Source: Mobula hypostoma | Lineage: Eukaryota | Assembly (NCBI RefSeq): GCF_963921235.1 | Contig: NC_086108.1 | Location: 65,226,001 to 65,290,000 of the forward strand | Direction: 5' to 3' | Length of the DNA: 64,000 nt | Shown here: piece after piece, positions 48,672 to 63,049 of the stretch | Numbering within the stretch: position 1 is the stretch's first letter | How the letters are laid out: each line of letters starts with the position of its first letter | The notes under the pieces: model-generated | Databases searched by the model: none | The model's input: only the letters and a program-made list of their open reading frames with translations | What the model was told of the DNA's origin: nothing | Program-made: the position numbers and the translations under genes

Positions 48672-49669
48672 GCGCCTCTTCCTATAGATGCTGCTTGGCC
48701 TGCTGCGTTCACCAGCAACTTTGATGTGTGTTGCTTGAATTTCCAGCATCTGCAGAATTCCTGTTAGTTTTGTCATCCAAATCACTGACATATAACATGA
48801 AAAATGCAGTCCCAAATGACCCCTGCAGAATATTACTAGTCACCAGCAGCCAACCAGAAAAGGCATCCTTTTGTCACCTCACTCTTTGGTCTTGCCAGTA
48901 AGCAAATCTTCTACTCTTCCACTTCAAGGACTGATGCAAGACTAAAAATAATGACAGATTTTCCAAGCACAAAACATGGCTTACTTGCTCCAATAATACA
49001 CACAAAATACTTTTAAATAGTATCTCAGTTAAATTATATCACATATCAGCAAGTGGCTTTAATCATTTGCATTTCTTTGTCAGAATATCATATGGAATAT
49101 CAATGATGCTCCACAGGTGTAAATTCAGATTGAATTTAAAAAGTACAACAAAGTTTGGGAGTGTTGATCAAAAGATCGGAGAAAATGTGTGTGTGCATGT
49201 ATGTGTGAGAAAATGGATGGGCAATGTTAGTGGGATGGATATACTGTAGCTGGTTTCAGATGTGTACAGTATATGGGGTTGGAATCTTGGATATGTGTTA
49301 CAAACAACACTCATCTTCCAAATTCTGGTTCAGTCTGAAGCTGACACAAATGGAGAAATTGAATGTATGACTGGGGATAACTTTGAATTGGACTGGATTG
49401 GATCCCAATTTCAACTGGAGGTTTCGAATTCATGGAAGCTAGCTGTATGTTTTTCTAGTTAATGGACAGCGCTCAAAAATGAGAGTTTGGACAAATGAAG
49501 GACTATGGAATTTCAATGCTTGTTTTAAAGACTGAAGCTTGAATGAAAGTACAGCCCATGTCCTCCAGTCGATCTTAATGCCATTTTATACAAAATGCCC
49601 TCCTGTCCATATCCCTCCATTCCCTTCATATCTATGCAGCTATTTAAAAGCCACTTAAACTCGGTCAAC

Positions 49670-51195
49670 AACATGTCCACAAGCCTGACTGTCCCAGTAG
49701 ACCCATAGTTTCTGCCTGCTCCTGCCCCACCAAACTTGTATCTGCCTACTTGGACTCCATTTTGTCACCCATAGTTCAGTCCCTCCCCACCTACATCCGG
49801 GATACACCCCATGCCCTCCACCTCTTCAATAACTTCCAGTTCCCCGGTCCCAACCGCTTCATTTTCACTATGGATATCCAACCCTTATACACTTCCATTC
49901 CCCATCAAGAAGGCCTCAAAGCCCTCTGCTACTTTCTGGACAATAAACCTCACCAGTTCCCCACCACCACCACACTCCCCCAGTTGGCGGAACTGGTACT
50001 CACATTTAATAAATTCTCTTTTGGCTCTTTCCACTTTCTTCAGACCAAGGGTGTAGCTATAGGCACTCGCATGGGCCCCAGCTATATCTGTCTCTTGTTT
50101 GGTTATGTGGAACAATCTATGCTCCAAACCTATACTGGTACTGCTCCCCAACTTTTCCTTTGCTACATTGACGACTACATTGGTGCTGCTTCCTGCACCC
50201 ATGCTGAGCTCGTCAATTACATCGACTTTACTTCTAACTTCCACCAGGCCCTCAATTTCACTTGGTCAATCTCGGACACTTCTCTCCCCTTTGTCGATCT
50301 CTCGGTCTCCATCTCTGGAGACAGACTGTCCACTGACATCTTTTATAAGCCCACTGACTCTCATAACTACCTCGACTATACCTCTTCCCACCCTGCCACA
50401 TGCAAAAATGCTATTCCCTATTCCCAGTTCCTCCGTCTCCACCACATCTCCCCCAGGATGAGGCTTTCCATTCCAGGACATCTCAGATGTCCTCTTTCCT
50501 TAAGGATCGTGGTTTCCCTTCTGCCATCATCAGTGATGCCCTCACCCGCATCTCCTCCATTTCCCGCACTTCAGCCCTCACCCCATCCTCCCGTCACAAC
50601 AACAGGGACAGAGTTCCCCTTGTCCTCACCTACCACCCCACCAGCCTCCGGATCCAGCACATTATCTTCCGCAACTTCCGTCACCTTCAACAGGACCCCA
50701 CCACTAAGCACATCTTTCCCTCTCTACCCCTCTCCGCTTTCCACAGGGATCGTTCCCTCCGTGACTCCCTGGTCCACATGTCCCTCCCCACAGATCTCCC
50801 ACCCGGCACTTATCCCTGCAAGCGTAAGTGCTACACCTGTCCCTACACCTCCTCTCTCACCACTATTTAGGGCCCCAAACAGTCCTTCCAGGTAAGGCAA
50901 CACTTCACTTGTGAGTCTGTTGGGGTCATCTATTGCATCCGGTGCTCCCATGCGGCCTCCTCTACATCGGTGAAACCCAACGCAGATTGGGGGACTGCTT
51001 CACTGAGCACCTCCGCTCCATCCGCCACAACAGACAGGATCTCCCGGTTGCCACCCACTTCAACTCTGCTTCACATTCCCATTCGGATATGTTCATACAT
51101 GGCCTCCTCTACTGCAATGATGAGGCCAAACTCAGGTTGGAGGAGCAACACCTCATATACTGTTCTGGGTAGTCTCCAGTCCCTGGGCATGAACA
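49670..51195 (+). mobile_element. Older Penelope-like element (different subfamily) within a CR1 remnant (49540-49665, 51196-51550, minus)
   Basis: FTMDIQPLYTSIP, KGVAIGTRMGP, YIDD and LYIGET, with frameshifts. Confidence 0.88.
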
Positions 51196-52149
51196 TACCT
51201 TCTAACCCAGGCTGCCTTCTGGAAAAATTCTGTACCTTTTCCAGTCTCCACATCATTCATATAATTTGGTGACTAAAACTGCACACTATAGTCTAAGTGT
51301 GATCTGACTAAAATTGTAACTATAGAATTACTTCCTTATTCTTTGCTCAACACCACTACCAATGAATATATGTATTCCATATGCCTTCTTTACCACCTGT
51401 CCACTTTTGTAGCCACTTTCAAAACTCCAAAAGCCTTCTGTACCTCAATGTTATTAAGAGACCTACCATTAACTATACACTTTCTCCTTCCATTTGACCT
51501 CCCACAATGCAACACCTCAAACGTGTCTGGCTTAAACTCCACCTGTTCATGAATTAAATTCCTGTTCACTTAAAAATGATTTATGTCAGGGGGCCTACTG
51601 CACCTGATGCTGAGAGAAGCCTATGTGATGGCCAAATAAAATGGAGCCTTATATAGCAAGATTCTAACCTATACCACCTGATAAAAAGAAAAGTATGAAC
51701 AGTTGCAGAGATGAGAAATAAGTCCTCCAACTGATGAGATTCATTGATGATAGATATAAAATCATTCCATGTGGATTTTCAGGAAAATATAATGAAGGAA
51801 AGAAAATACCTTTTTCTCCCAACAACCCAGAACTTGCTTTGAAATTTTCTTGCTAAAAAGAAACTAGGTTGCTTTCATTGTTGGCTGTTGTGTTGTGCCT
51901 GAAGTTAAATTCTTTACAATTAGAAATTGACTGATACCTTGTTTAATCTCTTATCCTTCTTTCTGAACATGAGTACTATAAAACAAAAATAATTGTATCA
52001 AAAGACAAGGATAGATCCTGAGAGTAATTCCAGCAAATGTTTTAGGTCTGGGAGATAAACTATTGTATAAATTATCTGGCTATAAATGGATGGTTAAAAT
52101 CAAATAAGCACTAAACTTAATCAATTAAATTGCTTTGGTGATCATTGCT

Positions 52150-52395
52150 TAGGTATAAATATAGGCCAAAACCCAGAGAATCCTCTGTCCGTGTTTGAAA
52201 ACATCTCTACTCACCTGAGATGACTGAGAGGATCCTGGAATAATGCCGCTTCTGAAAGTGCACTTGAGAATACAACCTTTCCTCAGCACTGGATTGAAAT
52301 AGCAGCCTGTACTAAATGATAATTCTCTAGAATGAAGGCAAGTCCACATTTTGATTAAGAAAGGAGAGACATTACAATAAAGTCAAGGCAGATGC
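52150..52395 (-). mobile_element. DeuSINE remnant
   Basis: Resembles the reverse complement of 30733-31030. Confidence 0.4.
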
Positions 52396-53719
52396 TAATG
52401 TAGTAAAATTACTGAAATTTATGGAGTTGCAATTAGTTATTGCCACTTTGTGACAGCTAGAAAAAAACTTTTAATGGGTAAAACTGCATTACTAACATAT
52501 TCCATAAAGCTTTTCCAAGTTAAATATACAAATGTTTGTAGAAACACCCTTAGTCATGTAGGTTAATTAAAATTCACTTATTTTATTATGTTTGCCAGTC
52601 ACTATTAATTCATAAAGTAACTTTTCTGCATAGGCATGCTGCTCCAGCTTCTTACTGCTGTGTTAATGAACATCGATCTCAGCTTCCAATATTAATTAAA
52701 CCAGGCGAGGTTGTTCAGAAAAAACTTCATGAATGACATTTCACTAACTAAGAAGAGGAAATACTTTTCTTTTTAAACTATTGCTCCTTAAGTTACAAGA
52801 ATTGACTGAAACATCATACAACTTAATCATCACCACGAAAAGTTTTCCAAGACAATTCATTTTTATAGTCCTCAATTGTTGTCAATATTTGTGTAATATT
52901 TAAAGTTAGTTCTCCACAACCTACCCAGCTAATAAAATGAATCACAACAGTGAAATATAAAACCCTTATAATGCCCCTCAGTATCTTATCCTCAACTGCT
53001 GCCTCTAAAATTAGAAGTTATTAGCTGCAAGATTTCAAATTGTTTCCCTCTGGAGAATGGGTGGAACCAGAAACCAAATAGTGATAAATTGTTTAAATGT
53101 CAGTTAATAAATCACACAGCAATGACTGTAAATAATGATCACCATCTTGGAATCATTAATATTTGCTTGATTTCTGAGGCAGATCAGTTTTTTTCTCAAA
53201 ATATGAAGTGTATACAATGAAATACAATTAGTTCTCTGATTTCTACCTCCTCTTACACTAAAACATAAAAATTGTAACATTTGTAATTTTTGGGAAGCTA
53301 TCAACTTACACAAGACAAAAAAATCTGAAAAAATGTTACTGATACTGTATATCAAAGTACAATTATTTTTAAATGATAATATTCATTTGTGAATGTTCTT
53401 TACGATTCCTCTTTGATATTTTAAGAATCCGGGACTCAGCCGGGAATCAGTGCCTTAAGTAATGCAATGAGATTACTGAATTTTCATTAACGTTCTATTA
53501 CTTTGAATGAGTGTTAAACCATAAGTAAAACCTGAAGAGCTGCAGCTTTTACAGGCGATCAGTGTTGAAACTGTAACAGAAGGACAAAACTATTTTAAAT
53601 GCCATGTTCAGAAAAGACATTGTGAGAATTTCAAAGGCAAAAATATCTTGATCTCATTGAAATATTTCAGTGCAAACACTTTTTGATCACAGGTAAATCA
53701 GCAAATTAAAACTCCCAGA

Positions 53720-55450
53720 CGACAACTACAAATATAATACGGCTGTTCAAAGAGGGGGAAAAAAAGCGGGAAACTATAGGCCAGTTAGCATGACACCTTT
53801 TATTGTAAAAAGGCTGTGATCCATTAATTAGATAATTGTAAAATGTTTAGAAAATCATTATACAATCAAGAAGTCAACATGTCTTTATGAAAGGGAAATC
53901 ATGTTTGACACATTCACTGGAGTTCTCTGTGAAAGGAATAAAGAGGGTGGATAAACAAGACCAGTGGTGCATTTAGGTTTCCAGAAGGTATTCAATGAGG
54001 TATTAAAGGTTAGTTTAGAGTCTAAAGGTTACAGTTCAATTGGGCACAAGACTGGGGGTAGTATATTCACAGACATGGAGGAGTAACAGCAACAGGGGAT
54101 GAGGATGCCTACGTCATCTTCAGATTGTCATTCAGTAACTTGTGGGGCACCACAGAAATTAGTGTCGGGCTCAAATATTTACAAATTATTTTAATGACTT
54201 GGACGGAAAGACCAGTAGACAAACGTGTTTGTTTGTTTGTTTATTTATTTGTTTAGAGCTGGAGTGCAGAACATGCTCTTCCTTTCCAAAAAGTCATGTA
54301 TTAATGCTAGACTATTCACAAGTTAAATTACAATGATCAATTAAGCGACTAACTGGAACATCGTTGGACTGTGGGAGGAAACCCAAGTGGTTCTTGGGAA
54401 GAACAAACAAACTCCTTACAGATGGCCCTGGAATTGAATTCTGACCCCTGGAACACACTGAGCTGTAATAACATCATTAACCACTTATCATTTGGGATGC
54501 TTTGTTAATAAAACAAAAAAAAGCTAGCTATTTGTTTGAAGGACACTAGAAGATTGCAAAAGGAAATTGGTTACATGAATGGGGAAGAAGTTGGCAGATG
54601 GAGTATCATGTGAAATTATCCTCTTTGAAAGGAGGAATATGAAAGAAAATTATCATTTAGATATAGCAAGTAATTAGGAAGGCTAATTGAAAGCTGGCTT
54701 TATTACATGGTATGGAACATAGAAGTACCTTTACAACCTGTAAATTTACACCTGGTGAGATATTATCTCGAGTACTCATACAGTATTTGGTTCCATGTTT
54801 AAGGAATGATAGATTGACTTAGGAGGCAGTGTAGAGAAGATTGATTGGGTTGGTTGAAGGGGTTGCTATGAAGAAAGATTGAGCAGATTGGGGCTACACC
54901 CCTTTGAATGTAGAAGAATGAGTGGTTTCCTTATTGAAGTATACAAGATTTCAAGGGGAATCGACAAGATGGGTGCTGAGAAAATGCTCAACACAATCTA
55001 GTTACAGGACATTCCCAGGTAATGAACAGGTTCCGTTTTACAGATGTCCAGAAGTTAATTTTGCACAAAGATGAGAATAAATGCACTGAACAAAACTTCT
55101 GAATTTAATAATATTTAGGACTGCCCGCAAGTCAGGTATTATTAACCTATAGACAGCCTGTATCTAGAACTGGGGAACATAGTTTATGAAAAAGTAGAAG
55201 CAGAGAGGAGGAAGAATTTATTTTCAAAAGGTAGCAAATCTTTGTAATTCACTCTCCCAGAAGACATTCAAGGTGGAGTCAATGAATATATTTTTAAGGT
55301 GGCAATTAAAGGACATTTGAACTGCAATGGAATTAACTGGCGTATGATAGTGAGGAAGGGGAAAACATTAGGAAGTGAGGCCAAGATTGATTTAGCATGG
55401 TTTTTATTGAGTAGCAGAGAAGACTTGAGGGCGCAATTGTCTATTTTTTT
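53720..55450 (+). mobile_element. Old CR1 remnant containing a V-SINE-like copy (54225-54490, minus) and a Tigger-like MITE (55003-55162)
   Basis: AACTATAGGCCAGTTAGC (NYRPVS). V-domain-like TGTGGGAGGAAACC. TACAGG...CCTGTA termini. Confidence 0.55.
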
Positions 55451-56359
55451 TTGTTTTTTATAAATCTATTAGTTATGCTTGTAAGCTTTATAATTTTACC
55501 AAGTTAGAGATGAGAGAATATCATTGAATCCTATGCCAAAGCTAACTAAACTGACAAGAATTTCTGATGACATTTGCCTCTGTGACCATATGAGGGGGAA
55601 AATTGTACGGCTCAAGCACAACTTGACATCAGAAAATCTACAGCACATAGATAGTTGTGGAATTGAACCAAATAGTGTAAAGGTTGAGCTGGTTATAATT
55701 ACAAAACATACTCGTTTAGATTTTAAGACTAATAGTGAAGCTTGGTAGTAATTTTAAAAACATTTCCTTCAACAACCTGGTGGTCTGTGGTCAGTAATCC
55801 TTTTCTGATGCCTACTTCAATTGGTCATGAATTGAAAATCCAGCATTTGGGGCTCATCACTCTAACTGAACAGAACAGCATTAATGAATTCTTACAAAAG
55901 CATACCTGAAAATATAGCTCACAATTTTTGACTAAACCTTTTAAAGATTCTAAAATTGAAACATGTGCTCTATTTTAAGAAAGCCCAGGTATAAGTAAAC
56001 TTTTAAAAGAATGTTATATTTTTGAATTATTTATGAGAAAATCATAATATATGCATAACATTGCTTTTGTGGAGGCAGGTACTTTGTTAAACTGTAATTG
56101 TGCATTAACATAATATTATACCCATGTTGTTAATCATTAGATTTTCAAGATGCTTGATGGCTGGATTGGTTTCTTTTTTTTTTTGCAGCCTCTTGGGATT
56201 GAGAATGACTTGCTTCTACTCTTGCGTTTTGGGTTCTGAGATGCCAAATGAGGCTAACATGGGAACTGTGCTCCATCATAGATGGGTCAGAAAGTGGCAA
56301 GTGGGTAAACTGTAAGATGATGCACTCCTTCCTCTGTGTAGGCTACGCCCAGTAGTCCA

Positions 56360-56415
56360 TGACTTCGATACCAGATGTAGTGACTTCGATACCAGATGTA
56401 GTGTCTTCAAATACC
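56360..56415. repeat. 21-bp tandem duplication
   Basis: TGACTTCGATACCAGATGTAG twice, plus a partial third copy. Confidence 0.85.
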
Positions 56416-56419
56416 CTTT

Positions 56420-57000
56420 TCACCATTCAATGAATAGTAGCAGCAATACCTGCTGGAAGGAATACTTTTAGTAACTCACCAAATATATTTGACCTGGATT
56501 AATGCATTCTTGACTTCCTCTTGTCACAACATATTCAGGCCAGCATTGTTGCCACTCCTTATCAACAAGTCACCTGGATGGATATATTCCAAATAAAAAG
56601 ATAACAAGCCCTGGGAGTAGATGGCATCTCCACAAAAATTATTAACCTCAGACTGAAGAGCTTCAGTTATGAACCCTCAAAATCAATGCCTGCATCTGGG
56701 AAGAGGAAAAACCAGGGAACCATACATGATGTAATCATGACAATCTGCAAGAAAAAAAACTACAGGTGGGCAAGAGTCTGCCTGTTATCTATCAGAGGGA
56801 GTCACCATCAAGTGCTTCTGAGCAACTTCCGGCCAGTGGCTAAAGAACTACGCTCTGAGTCACCATGGATTGCAACACTCCAGAAGCACCTTGGAATTAC
56901 TCTTCATTGCATGACAATTCCAAGAAAAATGCATGGAGCACCACCAGCCACTACTTTGTTAAGAGCTTAAACTAACCTCAGACCTCCCTTGATTATAATG
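56420..57000 (+). mobile_element. Old RTE remnant
   Basis: Degenerate KALGVDGI and IMTICKKK..NYR..LLSI motifs. Confidence 0.45.
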
Positions 57001-58609
57001 GAGAAGATTGCAAGTTGCCCTGCTTAAGATCCATTGAATCACCGAGAGCAACTTTGGAATTTCATCATTAAATTACAGATGCTCATATACCATAAAACTG
57101 CTGTTAGATTTAGTGAGGGGGTGGGGAATTATGTTAGTTATGACGTGATTACTACTGCAGAGTCTGTACCATCCCAAGGTACAAAATAAAAGTGGGAAAG
57201 GAGAGGGCTAAATGAGGATTTTAGAAACACACTGCAAATGCAGATTCTGAAACAGTATGCTCTGTTTAGTGTTAAGTAAAATCAGAAAATGATGCAAAGT
57301 CGTTCCAATGATGGGCAAAAGAGGACAGAAATCACAAGCATAACATGCCCGAATGTGCAAGAAGAAATAATGAACCATGGCTGTTGACATTTAGCAAATA
57401 GTTTTTTTACTATTGGTTTTCTGGCTTGTTGTTCTCACATACCTTAAACATTTCATTTTTCTACTTTAACTGTACAATGGCATCCTATTGATTAAAGGAA
57501 CCAAGATCCATGTTTACTGAGGGGATTCTGACATTCTTTTACTGCTATTTTGAAAGCATACTGCACAATTCTATTTACTTGTGTATTAAGCTATATGTAT
57601 CTACAATTATTGAATGCCAATTTTTAGTACTTAAATACATAAATAATAGAAGCGAATAAAAACCGTTTTAAACTACACACCTGCTATGCCATTTAATCAT
57701 ATCATGGCTAATGGTTTATTTGTGTGCCACCTTCTTATAATAACCGCATATCCCTTGATTCTCTGAATATCCAAAAATCTATTGACTACTATATATAGAA
57801 TTTTAAGATTCTGATCAGACTTTTGAATATAACATTCATACATCGTTCACGTTTTTTCCCCTCAAATTACAACTCAATAACTTCTGAAAGCCATCATACA
57901 TTTTGAAGCTATAAATTGTAAGAAGCATACAAATTAAATTACAAAATCTTCTGTTGCATTCTAGCAATATTATTTTCAAAGTAGTTCATGTAAGATTATA
58001 ATCAGTGTCAAAATTAAGTTAAATGACTCCTAGGATACAAACATTGCTCTCCATCAGGCTCGACCTTCCTCTCTAATTTAATATTGCTTTTTTTTAAAAA
58101 CATAAAAAGAATATTTATTCATTCTACAGCTTTATGATGAAGTGGCAAACTTTGTAAACTTACTGAAAGTCCAAATAATCAGAGTCTCGCTATTTTTAGA
58201 GAGCTTTTGCAGGCAGTACAAATTTCCACTTTATATAGGAAAAAAGTAAATTCACTCTCACTGGAAATCAGTGACCTGGTGGGAGCTTCATAGCAAATTG
58301 CTATGGGAAGAATCCAGAAAAATGAAAATGTCTAAATGTTTACTTCAAACTTTTCATCGGCCTGCTAGCCTGAAGATATTTATGTAGCTTTGCTTGTTTC
58401 AAAAAAAAATATTAACTAGCAATAAAACCAAATTCCAGAAAGGATCGGCTAAACTAAAAATAAATACCTAAATATTTTATATAAGTTTGGATGACTTATT
58501 CCTTTTTGAACTGAATGTCAATGCTTTTTTAAAAAAAAAATTACCACTGCAATTGATCAGCTTCCCATTACTGTTAAGTACATATAGCTATTAGATTTTA
58601 TTGATACTG

Positions 58610-58970
58610 AATTCCTTTACAACTTCACATCTCAAAAATCTTAAAGTATGATACATTCAATAAAGTACTTTGGAAATGCATTCACTTAGAATCTAGTGAA
58701 TTTTGCAACAGCAAGAGGTTCAAAAACGATAATGAAGTAATGACTGGATATAATCTGCTTCAGTTCATTATTGACCAACTCAAAAGGAAACGCTCATCTC
58801 TGCAATGAGTTGCATCATGGGACCTTCTAATTCAATTGGCTTAATGATTTAGCCAAAAGGTATAATATACAAAAGTACTGCACCTCTTCAGTATTGTGCC
58901 AAAGTTTGGGTTAGATGCTAAAAGTGAATATTGTGGCACAGAGGGAGTGTGTTACCACACCCAGGCTAAC
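58610..58970 (-). mobile_element. DeuSINE remnant
   Basis: Degenerate similarity to the 30733/33480 SINE on the opposite strand. Confidence 0.35.
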
Positions 58971-59993
58971 ACCTAATTCACTTAATAACATAAATCAACT
59001 AAACTAGAAAAAAATCACTGAGTTGAGAAGTAATTTAAAACTGCATAAATCAATGCAGTATTGATCAGAAGATATGTGGATAGACGTCTTAAATTTGGCA
59101 AAGCAATGACGTCCGTGAGATTCATGAGGCCTCACTGTAAGTGGAATTATTTCAAACACAATAAAGGCTTTACGGAACAAAATACCAAAGATTAAGAATA
59201 TATGCATTTAGTAATGTATCACAAAAACATCAATCTGATTGATCTATTTTCAGGCAGCCATACTGATGGTTTCCAGGGGGCTCATCACTGGGAAAGAAAG
59301 CAGTTCAACTCCTATATTGTTTGCTTTATGTACACCAATCATTGCTCTTAAATCTTCATTTCATCAAGTTGTCTGAAGCTTTTGCCACTGATACACGTGC
59401 AAGGCTCATACTGTGTCCTTATTTCCTTGATAGGCTTCCTCTGTGAATTAAAAGATAGAACTTGAGTCTGTATTTCAGATTAAAAATCAAAGATATCAAA
59501 AAAATCAACAATTAAATAGCCAGCAAAATAGCACCATAGGCTGTGACTTGAAATGGATGAACAGACATATAAAAACATTGCTCACCACAATTGAACTCAA
59601 CAGTAGCACTCAGATCTGAAAAACTAAAATTAAAAGTAAACATGGATACATTATGAATTTCTCATTGTCCGTTACAAGATCCTTGCAAATCAGTAAATCT
59701 AACACACATACTGTGATTGTAATGAGATATTCTGTATTATGTATGCAAGGAAGAAATGTAGCACTGATCATTGTGAGCATTACAAATCCTGCAGATTAAT
59801 TTTCTGAAAAGATGAATATCTACTCTTTAATTCAGAGCATGCAAGTATTTCTGGCAAGATCTATGTTTATTGTATGCTTGCATTCTGTCCTCAAGAAGGT
59901 GGCTCTCAGCCATCTACCTTTGTAAGTGCTGCAGAAGGTGAGGATACTCCCACTCTGCGGTCAGGCTGGGGGTTCCAGGATTTTCATTTAATG

Positions 59994-61412
59994 CAGCGCC
60001 TTGAAAAAGTACTCAGCTCCCCACAATGATTTTCATATTTTAATGCCACATTTTCTAAATTTAAAATATACTGAAGTAAGACTTTTTGAACCAGTCTACA
60101 AAACATTATGTATTATGTCAAATCAAAAGAAAAATTCCAAAACTTGTCAACAATTTATTAAAAACTAAAAACTAAAATAGTGAAGCTGATGAAGTATTTA
60201 TCCACTTTGTAATTACTAAGCTAACTTTCTTCAGATGCACTACTGTATATTACCTTAGCAACTCACCCAATTTGTTGATGCAGAAAATTGCAGGATCACC
60301 TGGAAAAAATACCCCTAAGATTCAACAGTATGGTAGATTTTCAACAGACCAAACCAAAATGAAGACAAAAGAGCATTCAAGGCAAGTCAGGGAAATGATA
60401 ATAGAGAAGCATAAATCTTGGGAAGGGTACAAGACCATCTCAAAGGAACTGAACATTTGGAGCTCATTGCAATTCATTGCGAAAAAATATAAAATCACGG
60501 CCGCAATGCCAGATCAGACCACCCCTCTAAACTCAGTCACCAGAGAAGAATTGTACTTCGAAGAGAGGCTACAATGATGCCAACAGTCACACTGATTGAC
60601 CTGCTGAAGTCAATAACTGCAACTGGAGATGAAGTTCATGGCTCCACAATCTCTAAGACCGTGCACAAAAAGGGTATTTATGGAAGAGTGGCAAGGAGGA
60701 GGCACTGGTTAAGAAATTGCAAAATCTTTATGGGCAGGGATATGCTAAATGTCACTTAGAAGATACTGTCAAGGTGTGGAAGAAAGTCTTGGGTTGGGAG
60801 AGTCTGGAAATCTAGTCAGGATTGATGGGAAGATGAATGTTGCTAAATACAGAGAGATCCTGGCTAAAAACCTGCTAGCCTCTGCCAGAAAGTTTAATCT
60901 GGGGAGAAAGTTCGTCTTTTAGCAGCACAATGACTTAAAGCACACTGCCAGAGCAACCATGAAGTGGCTTCAAATGAAGAAAATTGATGTCCTCGAGTGG
61001 CCCAGTCAGAATGCTGACCTTAACCCGATCAAATATCTCTGGCGAGACCAATATTGCTGTCCACTGTTACTCCCCAACTAACCTGGCATAGCTCAAACAA
61101 TTTTGCATGGAGGAATGGGCAAATCTTGCTCCATCACATTGTGCAAAGCTATTAAGAGTCTAGCTGTGAGGAGTGGTTCAACTAAGTACTGAGCAAAAGG
61201 GGGTGAATATTTTTGAACTGCTGACATTTCAGTTTATTGATTATTTAGTTTTTCATGCTTTAAATTTTTCTCAATTTTTTTAGGCTCTACTGTGGAAAAA
61301 GAAACTTATGATTCACAAATTAAAAAATCAGTTAAATTGATCAAAATCACTAGTAATAGTACTCATTTATGTGAACAAAGAGTTGGGGGCTGAATACTTT
61401 TAGAAGGTACTA
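59994..61412 (+). mobile_element. Tc1/mariner DNA transposon, IR/DR type, internally deleted transposase
   Basis: Terminal repeats CAGCGCCTTGAAAAAGTACTCAGC / GCTGAATACTTTTAGAAGGTACTA, with inner repeats at ~60190 and ~61195. Transposase remnants MKTKEHSRQVREMIIEKH..GYKTISK and [11 protein letters not shown]. Confidence 0.88.
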
Positions 61413-62179
61413 TAAATGCAAGTGCTATAATTCCAAGGTTGGATATTTATGACTATGAAGTGAATATGGAAATGTTGATGCTTTTATAGCCTACCAGGTG
61501 GTAGAAGTTGCAGATATGTCAAAGATGCTGATACATTTAATAAGACAAACTGAAAGATAAAGTCAGAAATCACAGGAGACTTAAGCAGTCTATGTTCATC
61601 TGTATGCCTGACATTCAAATTTAATTTCTTAAAGCTCTTTGGACCCAGAAGTGCTGCTTTCTTCAATGCAGCCACTCTGTGCCAACTGTGAGTGGGATAC
61701 AGATCAACTCAGGTTAAATATCTGAAAGGTGCAGAGTTTTCTGAGTATTTGCCTTACACTTTATACACAAGTGAAGTGAATATCATTTAACTCATGACAT
61801 GTAGAATGTTTTGGAAGTGAAAAGGCAAGTCAGTGGCTTGTAAGGAATATCTGGCTATTCCACTTCAGCTTCTGGAGCTCCTGCTCCAAGGATCTTAATA
61901 GTCCTTTTTCCACAGAACATCAAAGCAAATTGATACAATTGTCCATTATCAGTAATGGTCACTGTCACCTACTGTTGCAAATTTTGTGGTGCCACATCCA
62001 GTGATATTTTCTCAACAGTTTTGATATTTATTCTTTGAAGTTAAATATATTTTCTCTGAAGAATTCACTGTTTTTCAATCCTCATCCTTCCCTCAGCTCT
62101 GATCATCATTTAGGGCAATACTTACAATTTTGCAAATATGGTCCTTTGTTTTTTATACAGTGTATTGTTTTGCTAAGCT

Positions 62180-62800
62180 AATTGAAGGATAACATTCAAA
62201 GTTTAGTTTAATACCATATCCACAAGTGCAATGAAAAATTTCCTTGCAGCAACATGACATGAAGAATCAAAGCAGCAATCACACACAAAAAAAATCAAGT
62301 GATACTCCATTTTTTTATATATACAAAAGAACACAATTAGAACAAAAAGTCAATTTCAGTGCAAAGTGATGATAGTTTTGCTAAAATGTAATGATTTTGG
62401 TTTTACCAGTTGGTTCAAGAATGGAATGGTTGAAGAGAAGTACCTGTCTTGGAACATGGTGGTATGAGACCTCAGACTTTTGTGCCTCTTGCCTGATTGT
62501 AGCTGTAAAAGCAAGCGCATGGTCTTAATGGTGGGATCTTTGATGACAGATGTTGCCTACTTGAGGCATTACCTCATGTAGACACTACCAATAGTGGGGA
62601 GATGATGTGTTGGATTGAGAAGAGTATTTTTTTATGTATATACAGCTCCTTACATTTCTGTACATTCAAACTGCCAAACCAGACCATGATGCAGGCAGTT
62701 AGGATATTTTCAATGGTATGAAGTTTGTTTGTGCATACAGTGACAAGTCAAACCTCCAAAAAAAAAAGATGCTGGTACACTTTCTTTATGATTGCATGTA
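62180..62800 (-). mobile_element. Rex1-like 3' remnant
   Basis: Similar to 45060-45700 (TGGTTCAAGA..TGGTTGA, AGACCATGATGCAG). Confidence 0.5.
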
Positions 62801-63049
62801 TGTGCTGGTTCTAGTAATGGTGTCAACTCTTTTCTCTCCAATTAACATAGCCTGGCCTGTATCTACATGCCAGAAAACATTATTGAACTCCTCAACAATT
62901 TGTATACTGTTTTCTCATTGGCTGACCAGTCTCAGCACACAGTCCTCTCACAAGTTGAGCAAATGTGAATAAAATGGCCATAATCTGCAAGTAAATGTTA
63001 AGTTGCTAACTTATCACACCTATAACCGGCACACCAATTTTGAGTTGGA

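Larger units (their letters stand above)
46621..48763 (+). mobile_element. Young Penelope-like element: inverted minus arm (46621-47172) plus 5'-truncated plus copy (47173-48763)
   Basis: 17-bp flanking duplication TTAGTTTTGTCATCCAA (46606-46622 and 48764-48780). The arms are near-identical. Confidence 0.95.
46136..48915 (-). mobile_element. CR1 remnant split by the Penelope insertion
   Basis: VKFADDTKIG at 46416-46625. The upstream part resumes after 48780. Confidence 0.65.

Noticed and set aside
56360..56415. CRISPR-like repeat
   Set aside because: Head-to-tail copies with no spacers, in eukaryotic DNA.
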